Part shown: positions 36,675-49,935 of the stretch, piece by piece | Layout of the letters: each line of letters opens with the position of its first letter | Numbering within the stretch: position 1 is the first letter of the stretch | Assembly (NCBI GenBank): GCA_028534125.1 | Contig: CM052849.1 | Coordinates: 18,414,001-18,478,000, forward strand | Length of the DNA stretch: 64,000 nt | Reading direction: 5' to 3' | Source of the DNA: Lama glama | Lineage: Eukaryota | Notes under the pieces: model-generated | The model's input: only the letters and a program-made list of their open reading frames with translations | What the model was told of the DNA's origin: nothing | Databases searched by the model: none | Made by a program: the position numbers and the translations under genes

Positions 36675-37747
36675 AAATGACAACCTAATGAATGGGAGAA
36701 AATTTTTGCAAACGATGAAACTGACAAAGGCTTGCTCTCCAGAATATATAAGCAGCTCATTCGACTTAATAGGAAAAAAACAAACAACCCAATCCCAAAA
36801 TGGGCAGAAGACCTAAACAAACAATTCACCAAGGAANNNNNNNNNNNNNNNNNNNNNNNNNNNNNNNNNNNNNNNNNNNNNNNNNNNNNNNNNNNNNNNN
36901 NNNNNNNNNNNNNNNNNNNNNNNNNNNNNNNNNNNNNNNNNNNNNNNNNNNNNNNNNNNNNNNNNNNACAAGAAATGCTGGAGAGGGCATGGAGAAAAGG
37001 GAACCCTCCTACACTGCTGGTGGGAATGTAGTTTGGTGCAGACACTGTGGAAAATAGTATGGAGTTTCCTCAAAAGACTAGAAATAGACTTACCATATGA
37101 CCCAGGAATCCCGCTCCTGGGCATATATCCAGAAGGAACCCTACTCCAGANNNNNNNNNNNNNNNNNNNNNNNNNNNNNNNNNNNNNNNNNNNNNNNNNN
37201 NNNNNNNNNNNNNNNNNNNNNNNNNNNNNNNNNNNNNNNNNNNNNNNNNNNNNNNNNNNNNNNNNNNNNNNNNNNNNNNNNNNNNNNNNNNNNNNNNNNN
37301 NNNNNNNNTTGCAGCAACATGGATGTTCCTGGAGAATGTCATTCTAAGTGAAGTAAGCCAGAAAGAGAAAGAAAAATACCATATGAGATCGCTCATATGT
37401 GGAATCTAAAAAAAAAAAGAACATAAATATAAAACAGAAACAGACTCATAGACATAGAATACAAACTTGCGGTTGCCCAGCGGGCGGGAGGTGGAAAGGG
37501 ACAGACTGGGATTTCAAAATTTGTAGATACTGACAGGCATATGCAGAATAGATAAACAAGATTACACTGTGTGGCACAGGGAAATATATACAAGATATTG
37601 TGGTAGCTCACAGCAAAAAAGAATGTGGCAATGAATATATGCATGTTCATGTATAACTGAAAAATTGTGCTCTGCACTGGAATTTGACACAACATTGTAA
37701 AATGACTATAACTCAATAAAAAAATGTTAAAAGAAAAAACAAAAAAC
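36675..37747 (+). mobile_element. Relatively young camelid L1, ~1.07 kb 3' fragment with ORF2 C-terminus (stop TAA 37407-37409), two N gaps and a poly(A) tail
   Basis: Translates [34 protein letters not shown]...[54 protein letters not shown]...AATWMFLENVILSEVSQKEKEKYHMRSLICGI*. Confidence 0.95.
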
Positions 37748-38655
37748 TTACATCACAAGCACTTGGACTCTGAAACTCGACACCCAAGCACTGATTTTCT
37801 TTTCTCCCTCTGCATGTGGCTGTTGCTTATTTCCTTGGGTCCTTAGAGGTCGAAGTCTGGTTTAAGCAGAGTCACAGACAGTTTATTTATTTATTGGATT
37901 TTACTTTTTTTTCTTTTTATTATGCTCAGCATATATGATTGAATTGTCACATCTTCCCTGTGTGAATCATGCACACGGTTAACGCCACTGGGGGAGAATA
38001 AAGTTAAGACCGTGTTTGTAAAAGGGCTTCACGATGTTTGACCTGCAGTGCATATGTGGAGGTATCTGTTTGTCTGTGTGTTTTAACATCCACTTGATTG
38101 GAGGTGTCGTAGCTCGAGGACGATATTACATTAACCAGTGGACTCCTCATTGCTTATCAGGGTGCCTGGATCGCTAGAGGTCTTCATTGAAAAAAGCTGG
38201 AAGAAAGGGAAGGAGGAGGGGAGGAAGGACCCAACGACAGAGTAAGTAGCTTCCATGCTTTGCGTTTGCCGGAGCATTTGTGAATCCCTTCTCCCTGGAG
38301 GTGAGCAAAGAAATACGGAGCCTCTGTAATTAATATATGGGTTTTCACTGGGTGGAGACTTGGGGCCCAGCACGTTGATACTATGAGCCAAGTTTTCTTT
38401 GGTTCTCATGGAATGCGTTTATTCCACAGTCGTTGAACATTGACTATCTGCAGTGTAATGCTTATCAAACTCAGAGTGCTAGAAAAGTGGAATCCTATGG
38501 TTTTGGTTTCTGCCCTTAGCAGTCTACAATGGAGAGAGTGGGTATTAAAAGCCAAATTTTATTATTGGCCAAACACTATTATAAGCACATGAACAGTACT
38601 GACGTATTTGTGCCTCAAACAGGACTTTGAGAGACGAAATGCTACTGCTTAAATT

Positions 38656-38805
38656 GGGGTAGGGGTGGGGGAGGGGGAGGTGCAAATTATCAAGTGTAAG
38701 ATGGACCACAGGATGTGCTGTACCACTTGGGACTAGGGCCAGTATTTTGTGACAACTGTGAATGAAGCGTAACCTTTAAACATTGTATAAAAAGTAAAAA
38801 GATTC
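38656..38805 (+). mobile_element. Short L1 3' end (artiodactyl type) inserted in a MIR
   Basis: G-rich start, ggaggtgcaaattatcaagtgtaagat...ccagtattttgtgacaactgtgaatgaagcgtaacctttaaacattgtataaaa. Confidence 0.65.
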
Positions 38806-38809
38806 ATTT

Positions 38810-38935
38810 AAAAATGTATGGGTGAGAAATCAGAGCTGCGAGAGGGTAAGTAACTTTCCCAAGGTCACCCAGCTCGTGCATGATGGGGACGGGGTTCCTC
38901 CCGTGAGCCGAGCCTGCGCTGTTAACCCCTGCGCC
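38810..38935 (-). mobile_element. MIR fragment
   Basis: gagagggtaagtaactttcccaaggtcacccagctcgt. Confidence 0.7.
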
Positions 38936-39864
38936 TTCGTGCCTTGTCAGCCTTCCAGGTTGTGGACAACATGGCAAGAGGGGTGTCTCTGAGCAGTGAC
39001 AGAGCACTACTCCTGTTGCTTCTCCATCTGAAGGGCCAGTTGGCTGGTAATGAGCTTTTCTGGATTCTGTAACACACTGCTGTTTTTTTTAGGCACTTCA
39101 CCTAAAAGGCATGTTCTCTTCTCATGGCCAAGTTTCTTTGAAGATCTTCACAGGAAGGGTGAAAAACATATTTCCAGACTGGTAATCTTTTCATGTCCCT
39201 CTTTCTGATAACGTGATGGCTTTATGCATTTACAGGCTAGTAATTATATGGCCTGTCCATAACTTGTGGCTTCCAGGACCCCAGAAGCCTGGCCCACGTC
39301 ATTAGCAGGTGCTTCGCTATTTTCATTCTCGGAAAAGAAATATAAATAAATCCATGCCAGCACAGAGATAGTGCCCACCAGTGTATCTCGGCCATAATTC
39401 TGTCCAGGTGTCCGATTTCAGCCGGGCGAGGCCATAGCTGCTAAAGACCTCATAAAAAGTGCTAATATGTTTAAGTCTCCTCTGCACCAGGGAAGTGCTT
39501 TGTGAATCTGGCTTAGGCAGTGTGTCTTCTGATGGGTGGGCGTTCATATGGAAAATTAAAATTGTCCGGCTACTTGCTTAGAAATGTGGAACAAAGCTGG
39601 TTCTTAAATAGAAAAAGAAAAGAAAAGAAACCTTTCCCTAGTGCCTGGACTACGGCACAGCTTCTAGAAAGAGCTCACTGACCAAGGGTTCCTGACGGAT
39701 TGGGCTTACTGGGAGTGTAAGACGGCAGGTGGCGTGTTTCCTGAGTGGGACCCTGTGACCTGCGATAACCAAGACGGAGAAGCATCAGTGAAGATTTAGG
39801 TGGAGGAGACGTGGGCAGGTGCGGTGGCTGCCAGGGTCTGATGGATGTCACACACGCCCTCCAC

Positions 39865-40275
39865 TAATTCGACTTTTTCGGTTGCACATCACGAAAAATC
39901 AAATTTTGTTGAACCAAATACGCAGTTTGTTGGATCATGTGCCCGAAAAGGGCTGTTGTGGTTTATTGCCAAGTTGGGTTGAGTGCTTTCTGAGGACTTG
40001 ACTTCTTTCTATTTCTCCATCCTCATTTCCTCAGTCAGGCTCTTACTGTGTGGGGACCCCCCCCCGCCCCCTGACAGTATCACGTCTGCATCCTTCTCGT
40101 TTCAATTCCAGCGGACGGGAGGGGCTTCTTCGCAGACCTCCCACCTGGTCTGTTTCACCCCTGGCTGAGCAGACCCGAACCAGGTCATGCCCATCCCTGA
40201 ATGAGCAGCACCGGGGCCGCATCGCGGAACAGGGCAGCCGGCCAGATCCATGTCGTGTGTCCACGTGGGGAACTG
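39865..40275 (-). mobile_element. MaLR LTR fragment (MLT1K-like)
   Basis: gactttttcggttgcacatcacgaaaaatc...ttgttggatcatgtgcccgaaaag...ggtcatgcccatccctgaa. Confidence 0.55.
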
Positions 40276-40419
40276 GGAATGAGAGTCCAACCTCTTCATC
40301 CTCAGGATGCAACTGAAGAAACAGCAAATAAGGACACACAGACTAGACAGGCACGGATCGACGGGTACCCGTTCAGTGTCCCATGAAGATTCTCTGTAAA
40401 TATTTCCTACATCCTTTTA

Positions 40420-40557
40420 TGTTTTAACTTTGAGAGGGGAGGTAATTAGGTTTATGTATTTATTTAATTTATTCATTTAATGGAGGGACTGGGGATGGAA
40501 CCCAGGACCTTGTGCATGCTAAGCACACGCTCTACCGCTGAGCTCTACCCTCCCCCG
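40420..40557 (-). mobile_element. Vic-1-type SINE with TSD
   Basis: Same body as the other copies. TSD CTACATCCTTTTA (40407-40419) / CTACATTCTTTTA (40563-40575). Confidence 0.9.
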
Positions 40558-40699
40558 ATTCTCTACATTCTTTTAGGAAGAACGCAGTCAGGAGTGTCCA
40601 CAGGAGGTCTGCCACGTGGAGGGCACCCTGGCAGATCTCCAGAGGCGTCTGCCAACTACTGGGGAAACACTTCAGCCACCAAATACTTACCAAGGGTCT

Positions 40700-41370
40700 A
40701 AATGTATCCAATTGCCGCGTCGCAAATCACCTATGAGACAGCAACTTAGGAAAATACACTTGTATTAATACAGACTCTCTGTGGGCCAGGAATCTGGGAA
40801 GGACTCCACCGCATGCCTGTGACTCGCGGTCTCCCATGGGGCTGCAGTTAAGATGTGATGGGGGCTCCAGTCAACTCAGTCCTTGTCTGGGGCTGGAGGA
40901 GCCACGTCCGAAGTGGCCCACGCATATGGCAGTCAAGTTCAGGCTGGGTGTTACCAGGAGCCCTCTGTTCCTTACCACGTGGCCTCTTCATATGACAGGG
41001 CGGCTGGATTCCCCCAGCAGGAGGGAGTTACAAGAGGAAGGAAGGAGGGGTTCACAGGGGTTTTCCCGACCTAATTTCAAAGGCGCACGCTGTCCTTTCT
41101 CACTTGTTGTGTTCATGACACATTAAAATCCAGTCCCCACTCAATGGGAGGGGAATTGTTCACCTAAGAGAGGGGAGGAGTGTGGGAGGATTTGTGAACG
41201 TATTTAAAAATAACCGCACGCTACCCTCTGGCTACAGATGATTTCTCTTCCCCTGCTTTGCAAAATGCTCCCCTCCCAGGACCTCCTGAAAAGCTCACCC
41301 CTTCACAGCATCAACTCAAAATCCGGGACGCTGGGATCTACACCAGTCCAGGTGTAGATAAGGTTCCTGA
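40700..41370 (-). mobile_element. MaLR LTR (MLT1F-like, ~40700-41218) plus adjoining MaLR internal 3' fragment
   Basis: tctgtgggccaggaatctggg...ggggctggaggagcc...tttaaaaataaccgca, then ccctctggc...catcaactcaaaatcc...ccaggtgtagataaggttcct. Confidence 0.7.
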
Positions 41371-41589
41371 TCCTACAGGGTTCAGTGAGATCCACTAGGG
41401 AACCATATTTCTCCCAGAAACAATACCCCGGATTATGGGAAGCAGACAAAGATTCGGAGATCAGTTGACTTCAGTTGCGATCCTGGCTCCGCCATCACTT
41501 GTGAGGAGCATTAGGTGGACTCTGTGCGTGGTGGGCCCGGGAGACTGCCTTTGTGTGTCACCACGTGGATGATGGTTTGCACGGATGGG

Positions 41590-41805
41590 GCTCTGAGTGT
41601 GTGCTAGTGTTCTGTTCTCACTGCTTTATGTGTTTTAACTCACTCAGTCCTCATGACAGCACCATGGGGTAAATGCGATTCTGAATCCCATTTTATAGTT
41701 GGGAAAACGGATGCACAGATGTAATTTATCCCAGGTAACCCAAATGGCAAGGGGCAGAGTCGGGATCTGAATTCCAGAGTGCGTGACATTTCTTAGCCAT
41801 CACAT
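41590..41805 (-). mobile_element. MIR
   Basis: ttaactcactcagtcctcatgacagcaccatgggg...cccattttatagttgggaaaacggatgcacaga. Confidence 0.75.
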
Positions 41806-43185
41806 CAATGGAGCACGCCAACTTTCTACCAAACACAGCCCGATGCAAATGGTAACACTGCTTGTTTCAAGGACACTTCTATTTCTTTTATTTTCTGGCT
41901 TGTGTCCCCAAAATGACTGGTTTTAAGTAAGATCTGAGAGCTTAAAGTTATTGTCTGTCAGAGATGAAAATGTGTCCCTTTTTTCTATAGGACTACAAAG
42001 GAATGAATATATACTGGCTTCTGTAAGGAATTAAGGGACACACAAAGGAGTACCACAGACAAGAACCTGAAATCCTTTCCTAGCCAAAAGGTACTCGTAC
42101 TGATAGAGGCAGAGATGAGGGAGAGAACTCTTGATTAAATCACATCGTTCCCCAAATATGCAGGGAGCTTAGTGACGCAATGGCTTTTCGTCGATGTGCA
42201 CCACTTAGATAATATTGTGGCTTGGAAGGTATCCTGGCGTTAGGAGCTGGAGAAAATACAAATCATGGCTGAGCTGAGAGCTCCATGAGGCTGTAAAACA
42301 AGGGGAGACTTCAGATTGACACAGCTGATCCGTTAAACAAGGAAGAAACTCTCTCTTCTAGTTTTATTGTCGTATGGGACAAGCAGCTAGCAGAAAATGA
42401 TCCTTTCTATTCATATCCTCTATTCATTCTGTTCTAATTGCATCTTCTAAATTGCTGTTTAGATTTAATTTGCCCACAAAGTAGCGCGACTGCTTCTGGA
42501 CTCCGCTACATTGACGAGAAGCTAACACAGATTCCAGCGCGCTTCTTTATTTTTCATTCCTCTTCTACGTAGGATCGGGTTAACCTTCATAGAGATCACC
42601 TCTCCCAGAAAAATAAGTGAGTTGGCCAATTAAGTGTCTTTGTGTTTTTGACCTCTTCTAGAGGCAAGCTTCCCAAGCCCCGTGTGATTTTCTTTTTCCA
42701 AATTAAAGCACTGACCCCCAGGGACTGCCCAATGAAGACAGCTCTTTACGGTCTTTCCTGCCAAGGAAAGGGTTTCTTTCAATCTTACCATTTCCCAGTA
42801 AATATGTTACCAAACTCAGTCTAACAAATAAATCAGATACTCCCCCAACATCCTTTGCGTGTACCATTCAATGAATGTGTAGGTTACTGTCTTAATTTTT
42901 TTTTTCTTTTTTGAGGACAATTGTGCACAAACACACGAGACATCCGTTTTCTGAGCTTTGTCTGTATCTGAAAACCCACTTTTGGGGACTGTGCGTTTCC
43001 AAGTCTCCTTATTGACAGCCCCGTGGGGTGATGGCGATAATGCTAAGGAAAACCGCAGATTTGCTAGCTACGGGTCCCTGTCCTTTCATCATAGCTGCAA
43101 GTGGAGCAGAGGGAACTGTGGTCCAGCATATGGGGTCCGTATCGGAGATGTCGACAGTATAAACAAGATGGATAAAATAGGTGGT

Positions 43186-43693
43186 CGTATTAGGGCTCTC
43201 CAGAGAACTAGGACCAACAGGGTGTATGTACAGTAGTTAAATAGAAAAGGATGTATTATCAAAGGCTGAGAAGCCCCGTGATCTTCCATCTGCATGCTGG
43301 AGACACAGAGATGCTGGCGGGATAGCTTGAGTCCAAACCCAGAGGCCTGAGAATTAGGGGAGCCGGTGGTGTAAGTTCCTATTCCAGTCTGAACACCTGC
43401 AAAGCAGGAGTGCTGCTGCCTGAGGGCAGGCGAAATGGATGTCCCAGCTCAAGCAGAGAGAGAGTCAGTTCTCCTCTCCTCTGCCGTTGGGTTCTATTCA
43501 GGCCCTCAACGGATTGGGTGAGGCCCACCCTCATTGGTGAGGGAGATCTTCTTTATTCAGTTGTTAATCTCTTCCAGCTGAGATGTTAATCTCTTCCAGA
43601 AACACCCTTGCAGACACACCAAGAAATAATGTTTCACCAGCTCTCTGGGTATCCCTTAGCCCCACGAAGTCAGTCCAGAAAATTAACCATCAC
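43186..43693 (-). mobile_element. ERVL LTR (MLT2B-like)
   Basis: gtattagggctctccagagaa...ggctgagaagccccgtgatc...ttctattcaggccctcaacggattgggtgaggcccaccc...aaaattaaccatcaca. Confidence 0.85.
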
Positions 43694-44179
43694 AGCAGTA
43701 TGTTAAAAATACCTACTGCAGGTATGGGTGCTTGTGAGCCTGTGACCCAGAAGAACCAGAACAACCCCCAAATCACTGGAGCCAGCTGTGGGCTCCTCCG
43801 GGATGCTGTCTTTGGCTTTCCATTGAGGGGTAACCTCCACCCTGAATTTCTCCTGTTCCTATACTTGTTAAAAAAAATTGTGGTTGATTTACAATGTTAT
43901 ATGTCAGGTGTGCAGCAGGATGGTTCTACCATTTCTAGAATTTTCCCCTGTAGTTACCTAGACCTTATAATTCTCCTTTATCCCCTACAGACATATAGGA
44001 AATGTAGCATTTTATTTAGGGTTGCTTACTTTTGAACTCTACTAAATCACATTTCAGTGATTAAATCATACCCTATCTCCTCTTAAACATACCTGTTGAA
44101 GAGTGTGACATATGGTAAGTCGTTCTCAGTGTTCAGCACCATCATTATGTCTGCACACTGTTCTCATAGGGAAGTGTTC

Positions 44180-44325
44180 ATTTGGAAAGGGCTGGTAGAA
44201 AAGGCAGCAGGTCAGGGTGTCCAGAGAGACTGCTTTATCTCCTCCTTTGCTACTTTGATGCTACCTGCCACGAGCAAGACACTTGGCACCTCTGGCTTCA
44301 GTTTACTCTTCTGCCAGAAAGTGGT
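44180..44325 (+). mobile_element. MIR fragment
   Basis: gctggtagaaaaggcagcaggtcagggtgtccagagagactg...gcaagacacttggcacctctggcttcagttt. Confidence 0.5.
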
Positions 44326-47300
44326 GGTAGTATCTGGCCCATTCTTCTGGCCCCTGATCTTCTTTAGAACTTTGAAGAGGATTCATCTCCCCCTGTAACA
44401 ATATATGCTGTTGTGTAATGGCAAAAAAGAGACCATGACAGTCATACATCAGCATCATATCCCTATCTCAGAGAGCAGGGGCCACGCCCAACACTTTTTG
44501 TATTGCCTGTAGTAAAGTCCTAGCTCTGTATAATATATGAAATCCAAATGAAAATGCATCAATTTCCTTATTAACAATCATTTGTGGAGAAAGTCCCCCT
44601 TCCCCCACTCCGCCCCATTTTTCCTACTGCTCTTCCTTGCACCCCTTAATTCAGAACAGGAGAGGATGGAGACTCAAATTCGTTGACTGTCTTCCAGGTG
44701 CTTGACACACCCAGAATGTCCTCTAGGTGAGTGGTTTTGTGGGAAAGTCATATGAGCTCTTTATAATGAAAAACTGTCTTCTCTGTTTAATGGGCAGGAC
44801 GCTGAAGCCTCAGAGAAGTTCAGTGTCAGATGGAAATGGTCTTGGTTTTGGGTTGACCTTATTCCGGGGTATGCGTCCTGTTGGGTGTGTGATGCTGGCC
44901 ATGACGTGGTCCATAACGTTTACGAAAGAGCTAGTAATGGATCTCAAGACCTTTCATTGGAGCTGGGGGTGACTCTGTGATACGGAGGTGGTGGGAAGGA
45001 CCCAGCAATAGTGGCTGAACGGCAGTTTTACAGCAAAGGCTGAAGGACTGTGGGACACTGTGTGCCATTAGAGCCGGTTAATCCCAGCTCTAGAATGAGA
45101 ATTAGATTTCCTGGGAGAGACCAGGGAAGAGCAGACAAACACAGTGGACCACCCCAACACAGAGTTACTCTCTTCATAGAGCAATTGTGTTTTACTGTTT
45201 TGCTGAAACGAAACACACAGAAAGCCTTTCCTTTCCTTGCTGAAGAAGCCAGCCCTTTCGTTTGTATCTGTGGGAATCGACTTGAAATCTACACTGTTCC
45301 CCGGTTCACTAGAAAATCAAGTAATTGGTGATTTGCACCCAATCTGTAGACCTTCAGTGACTGATAACCCCTCAGACAACCTGGAGCCCGCAGACTGCAG
45401 AAGAGTAGACGTCCACTCTAATCAAAGAACGTGGTATTTGAAGTTAAATCAATAGGCCCACCTTTCTAGGCTGAATAAAGCATTAATCCCTAATAGAGTT
45501 ATATCAGAAAGTCAAGTCTAATGGTCCCTGTAGTTCAAAGATCTAACTTTAAAGATAGGGCTGTAATGATTACAAGAAGAGGAACAAAATAAGGGGATGA
45601 AAGAAACGCATTTGACACTTGCTCCAGTGTAGACAGTGTGCAAATGAAAATCAGTTTACTTGAAGCAAAATCTTCCCCCTTTGTAGCATAGACATGCGGA
45701 GGTGCCAACATTTAGTCCTTACAATGTTGGTTCTCCTTGCTAGAGAGAACGGAGCATTCAATCTCAGGTCATGACCTTCAGAATTAGAAGTAAACGTGAA
45801 TTAATCAGTTTCCTAGTAATAAGCGGAGGTCCATCTAAACCACCTCCCAAAACAAAATGGGCAAAGAGGAATTTACTCTCAAAGCCAATAGAAAATCAAG
45901 TGGTCTTCCCAAGGAGAGTTACAAGAAAATGACCCATGCCAAGATACTTTCTGGGCTTTTGTTGATGTTTTTTGTGCCAATTTTCATTTTCCCAGATGAA
46001 TTTTTCCACAAGGAAGTGACTGAAGCCAAATGGAGACCTAGGCTCATATTTGTAGAGCCATATAAAAAATTTTTTTTTATTGTTTTTCTTACCAGTGTCA
46101 GTTCACAGCTTCTTAAAGAGTAGCTCTCACGTGCTTAGGTTACCAGCCTGAGCCCTGGGTCAGTGGCTGCAGTGTGGGAAGAGGGGGGCTGACTGAGGGG
46201 CTAGTGGCTGGTTGGTCCTTCTTGGGTCACGTGTCCACTGCTGTGTACGGTGGCTCAGAGCCAGAAGAAAGTGGAAGCATTGGGGTCACAAAAGATGAGA
46301 GCCCTTCTGAGAAGGTTTTTGGTTCGGAAAAACAAGTCAAGGACTTTAAGCTGTTTCCAAACTTAGTCAAACGATCTGGGGAATCTGGACCATATCAGAT
46401 GTTACTCTAAGTTACCGGGACCTTCTCTGGTAATTTAGATGGGGAAGAAAAGTAAACATACAACAGATTTTACTAAACTGTTTTGATGACTTGGGAAAAG
46501 TGGAATTTGGTCTTGGTGGTCATAGGAGAGTTAACTAAGTAGGGAGTGGGAAAAAAAAAAAAGCCACTTCTCCTCTAGAAGGACCGGCTTTAATGGAACA
46601 TGCCTCCCTGGCAGAGATGCACAGATTACAGAAGTGGTGATTAAAGGAAGTGAGATTGGAAGGACATACAGAGATAAATTGTGATGGTCACTCCAGCCAA
46701 TGCAAGGGATTTGGGCTGCATTTTGTCACCACCAGAGAAGCACTGGTATATTTTAATTGGGGGAGAATTCTGAGAAAATCCCTGAAAACAAATGAAATTT
46801 TGGCAGGAGAAGAGAAAACAATTTTGGATTGGAAAAGAGAAAGAATCCTTGAAAAGCTTCTTCCATCTGAAGAAAGAAAAATCCACTGGGCCCCTTAAAT
46901 GGGGGAGGGACTGAAAATTATTTATGAGATAATTAGGTCGAAAGGTTCAAAACCCCAGCACAGAGGGGACCGTACGGTCATCACGGGTTCACACTTTCCT
47001 TCACCTGTACCATGGCCATCGAGGGAGACCCACCTCTGTGCACACCCCCTGCCCGGTCTCTCTCCATCCCACAGTCAAGAATCATAGTGTGAGATTCGGC
47101 TCTGCTAACAGTGGAGCAATTTATTCTTCCACAGTTTCATATGCCCGCAGAAGACAGGGGACTGCAGGATCAGAGACAGAAGACTATGAGCCACAACATA
47201 CTTCGTATTTACAGCAGTTCCCTTCCCCGCCCCCCACATCCCCACCGCAGCTCCCACAGGGTGATGCAGAAGGGCCCCTGTTTACACCAAGAAGCAAAAC

Positions 47301-47650
47301 TCTTCCCTCCTGCAATGTTTCTCTCATTCACTCCAGACAAAGCTTAACATTGTACCCACTAGCAAGGGAGAGAGATTTAAAGGGCCCAGATCCACGTTTG
47401 CCCTGCAGGTGATCAAGGGTGAATTTGGCGATGAAAGAAAATGAATGAACAGCTAGCATACTCCTCCAATGGCTCTCTGGTGGTCAAATGAAATGGTCAG
47501 TGTCTCTAAAGTAAGGTGAGATGGTCTTAGAGGATGCTGAGATCAACTTTCTAAAAATAACACTTGGGGAATTGTCTCAGGACAGACATTCACTGACGAA
47601 TGCTTAAGCCTTTGGTTAAAAACAATAAAGATGACTTCAAGGAAATTCTT

Positions 47651-48117
47651 TTTTTTTCATTATAATTAAATTTTATTTTTTTCTGTTCTCTATGATTTTA
47701 TTTTTAATATTTTTTATTGAAGTGTAGTCAATTTACAATGTGTCAATTTCTGGTGCACAGCACAACACTTTGGTCATATAGGAACATACATATATTCATT
47801 TTCATATTCTTTTTAACCATAAGTTACTACAAGGTATTGAATATGGTTCCCTGTGCTAGACAGTATAAACTTGTTGTTCTATTTTATATATAGTAGTTAT
47901 TATGTGCAAATCTCGAACTCCCAATTTATCCCCCACCTCCTTCCCCCTCTGGTAACCATCAGTTTGTTTTCTATGTCTGTGAATCTGTTTCTGTTTTGTA
48001 AATAAGTTTGTTTGAATTTTTTTTTTTTTAGATTCCACGTGTAAATGATATCATGTGGTATTTTTCTTTGTCTTTCTGGCTGACTTCACTTAGAATGACA
48101 TCCTCCAGGTCATTTAT
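47651..48117 (-). mobile_element. Camelid-type L1 3' end with an exact 12-bp TSD
   Basis: TSD AAGGAAATTCTT at 47639-47650 and 48118-48129. Antisense 3'UTR attgaagtgtagtcaatttacaatgtgtcaatttctggtg... Confidence 0.92.
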
Positions 48118-49559
48118 AAGGAAATTCTTATAAAGTAGCGAGCGAGTAACATTAAACGTGGTGCAAGGGTGCGGGAAATTTCTTGAACAGAACACACCGA
48201 CGGCTCAGGGTTAGGGCTCACCGCCGCGGTTACGTGAGCTCATGTTAAAAAGTGACAGGTTGTGTCAAGGATGGTATTTTCCTTCTATTGTAATGATAAT
48301 TATTATTAAGACAAGGGAGAGATTAAAAAAGAAGCAAAGCAGCAGCGATCTCAGCACCAGAGAGCCAGCTCAGGCTGCAGGTGTGAAATGAGCTGCTTTT
48401 GCCTCCGTTTGGAAGAGCAAACTGTGCCCTTGCTGGGCAAACGGAGTGGAGCTCGGATGGGCACACAGAGTTTCTATGCACGAAGTCCAGGCAAAGACCC
48501 AGAGCCCACTGTCCTGAGAAAGCTCCGTGTCTGGCTGTTCTGCAGGCCCTCCTGGGGCCCGAAGGCGCCCAGCCTCTCTGCCTGCCGTGCCGTTTAACCG
48601 GGCAACAGCCCTCGTCGTGGGCGGCGGTGCTGCAGACTTGTTCCGAGGAGGATACTAGGGACCATTAAGCGTGGGTGTCCATGTATTTAAAAAATGATTG
48701 CCATGATCTTGGGTTGTACTTCTCTGCGATGAAGGGGAGAATCAATAGCCAATTCCATCTGCAAAGGAATAAAAGGGGATTCTGCAGGCTGCAGTCTTGT
48801 TAAACTGCCACGCACAGGGTGTTAGTGGCTGCAATTTAGAGTGTAAGAACTGGGTGTCGTTCCAGCTGTTGGAGCTGTCTTCATGGTGCTCGCTAAGGAG
48901 ATGCTGTATTCCCGGGTCTTCTGTTTAATCATCCACAAAATAATATCCTCAATGCAACGGCATCTTCAGAATGATTGACAGATCAATCATCCAATGATGC
49001 GCCTTCAAGAACAAATCACTTCAACCATTATTTGCTCTAGCTTGGTGCCTGTGCCACTGAAGGTTTATAACATGGCTTTTAGTGATAAAGGGACAAACTC
49101 GCGTATTTTTTGTTATTTAATACTCATATTTATCTGAATATGGGTCAGAAATTGATGTAAGCATAACATGAAAACAGTGACTGATGGACATTCGTGCTTG
49201 AATTATAGGTTTGTGGTCAGGGTGCCCAAGGATGTAAAACTCTGGCAGGTTGCCTTCTGCCGCAGCGGTTGGAAGGATGGAGACATTGGATCACACAAAT
49301 CACCAATAGAGTTTCTCACTTTCTAAATTTAAAGCACTGTGATATGCTGTGTTCTTTTCTGAGGCACTTAAAAAAATCATAAGTAGCTTCCAGAATGCTG
49401 ACATGGCAGAAATTGTGAAAGGACCACATAAGTAACTGAAGTTTGGGGAAGTTTGACCTAAGAGATGCCATTGAATCAAATGTTTGTGTAGTCGGAAGGA
49501 AATTGCTTCATTTCTCTGCTAATTCCTTCCTCTAGACAAGTTATTGTCTAGATGCTGGA

Positions 49560-49930
49560 GGTATATGCGGGTAATTAAGACGTAATTTATGACCCTGAAT
49601 GGCTCACAGTGTATGAAGGGAGACATAATACAGTTTGGAAAACTTCCCTGTAAACATGGCACAGAGTTTAGTGGGAATGTAGCAAAGTGGAGATCAGATA
49701 TCTAGGAAAGATATACAAAGGTCTGGTATTTGAGCTGAACATTGAATTTGAGTGGAGCTCACCTGGCAAGTGAGCAAGAAAGGATGGCATGTTAGACAGG
49801 GGTCCTCATATCCAGGGTTTGGAGAATGGAGGAGCAAAAGTGGGTGGCAAACCTCTTCTCGTACACGTGTGAGGGGAAGGCGAGGTCGTAAAAGGCACAT
49901 ACTGGGGGAAAGGGATTGGCAGTGTGCCAT
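49560..49930 (-). mobile_element. L2 fragment
   Basis: gaccctgaatggctcacagtgtatgaagggagaca...tatttgagctgaacattgaa. Confidence 0.45.
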
Positions 49931-49935
49931 GCTAT

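Noticed and set aside
36614-37396. ORFs spanning the N gaps
   Set aside because: Artefacts of Ns translated as X within a 5'-truncated L1. Not genes.
49531-49552. Perfect 9-bp hairpin TCTAGACAA-gtta-TTGTCTAGA
   Set aside because: About one such stem is expected by chance in 64 kb, and it is too short for a pre-miRNA.
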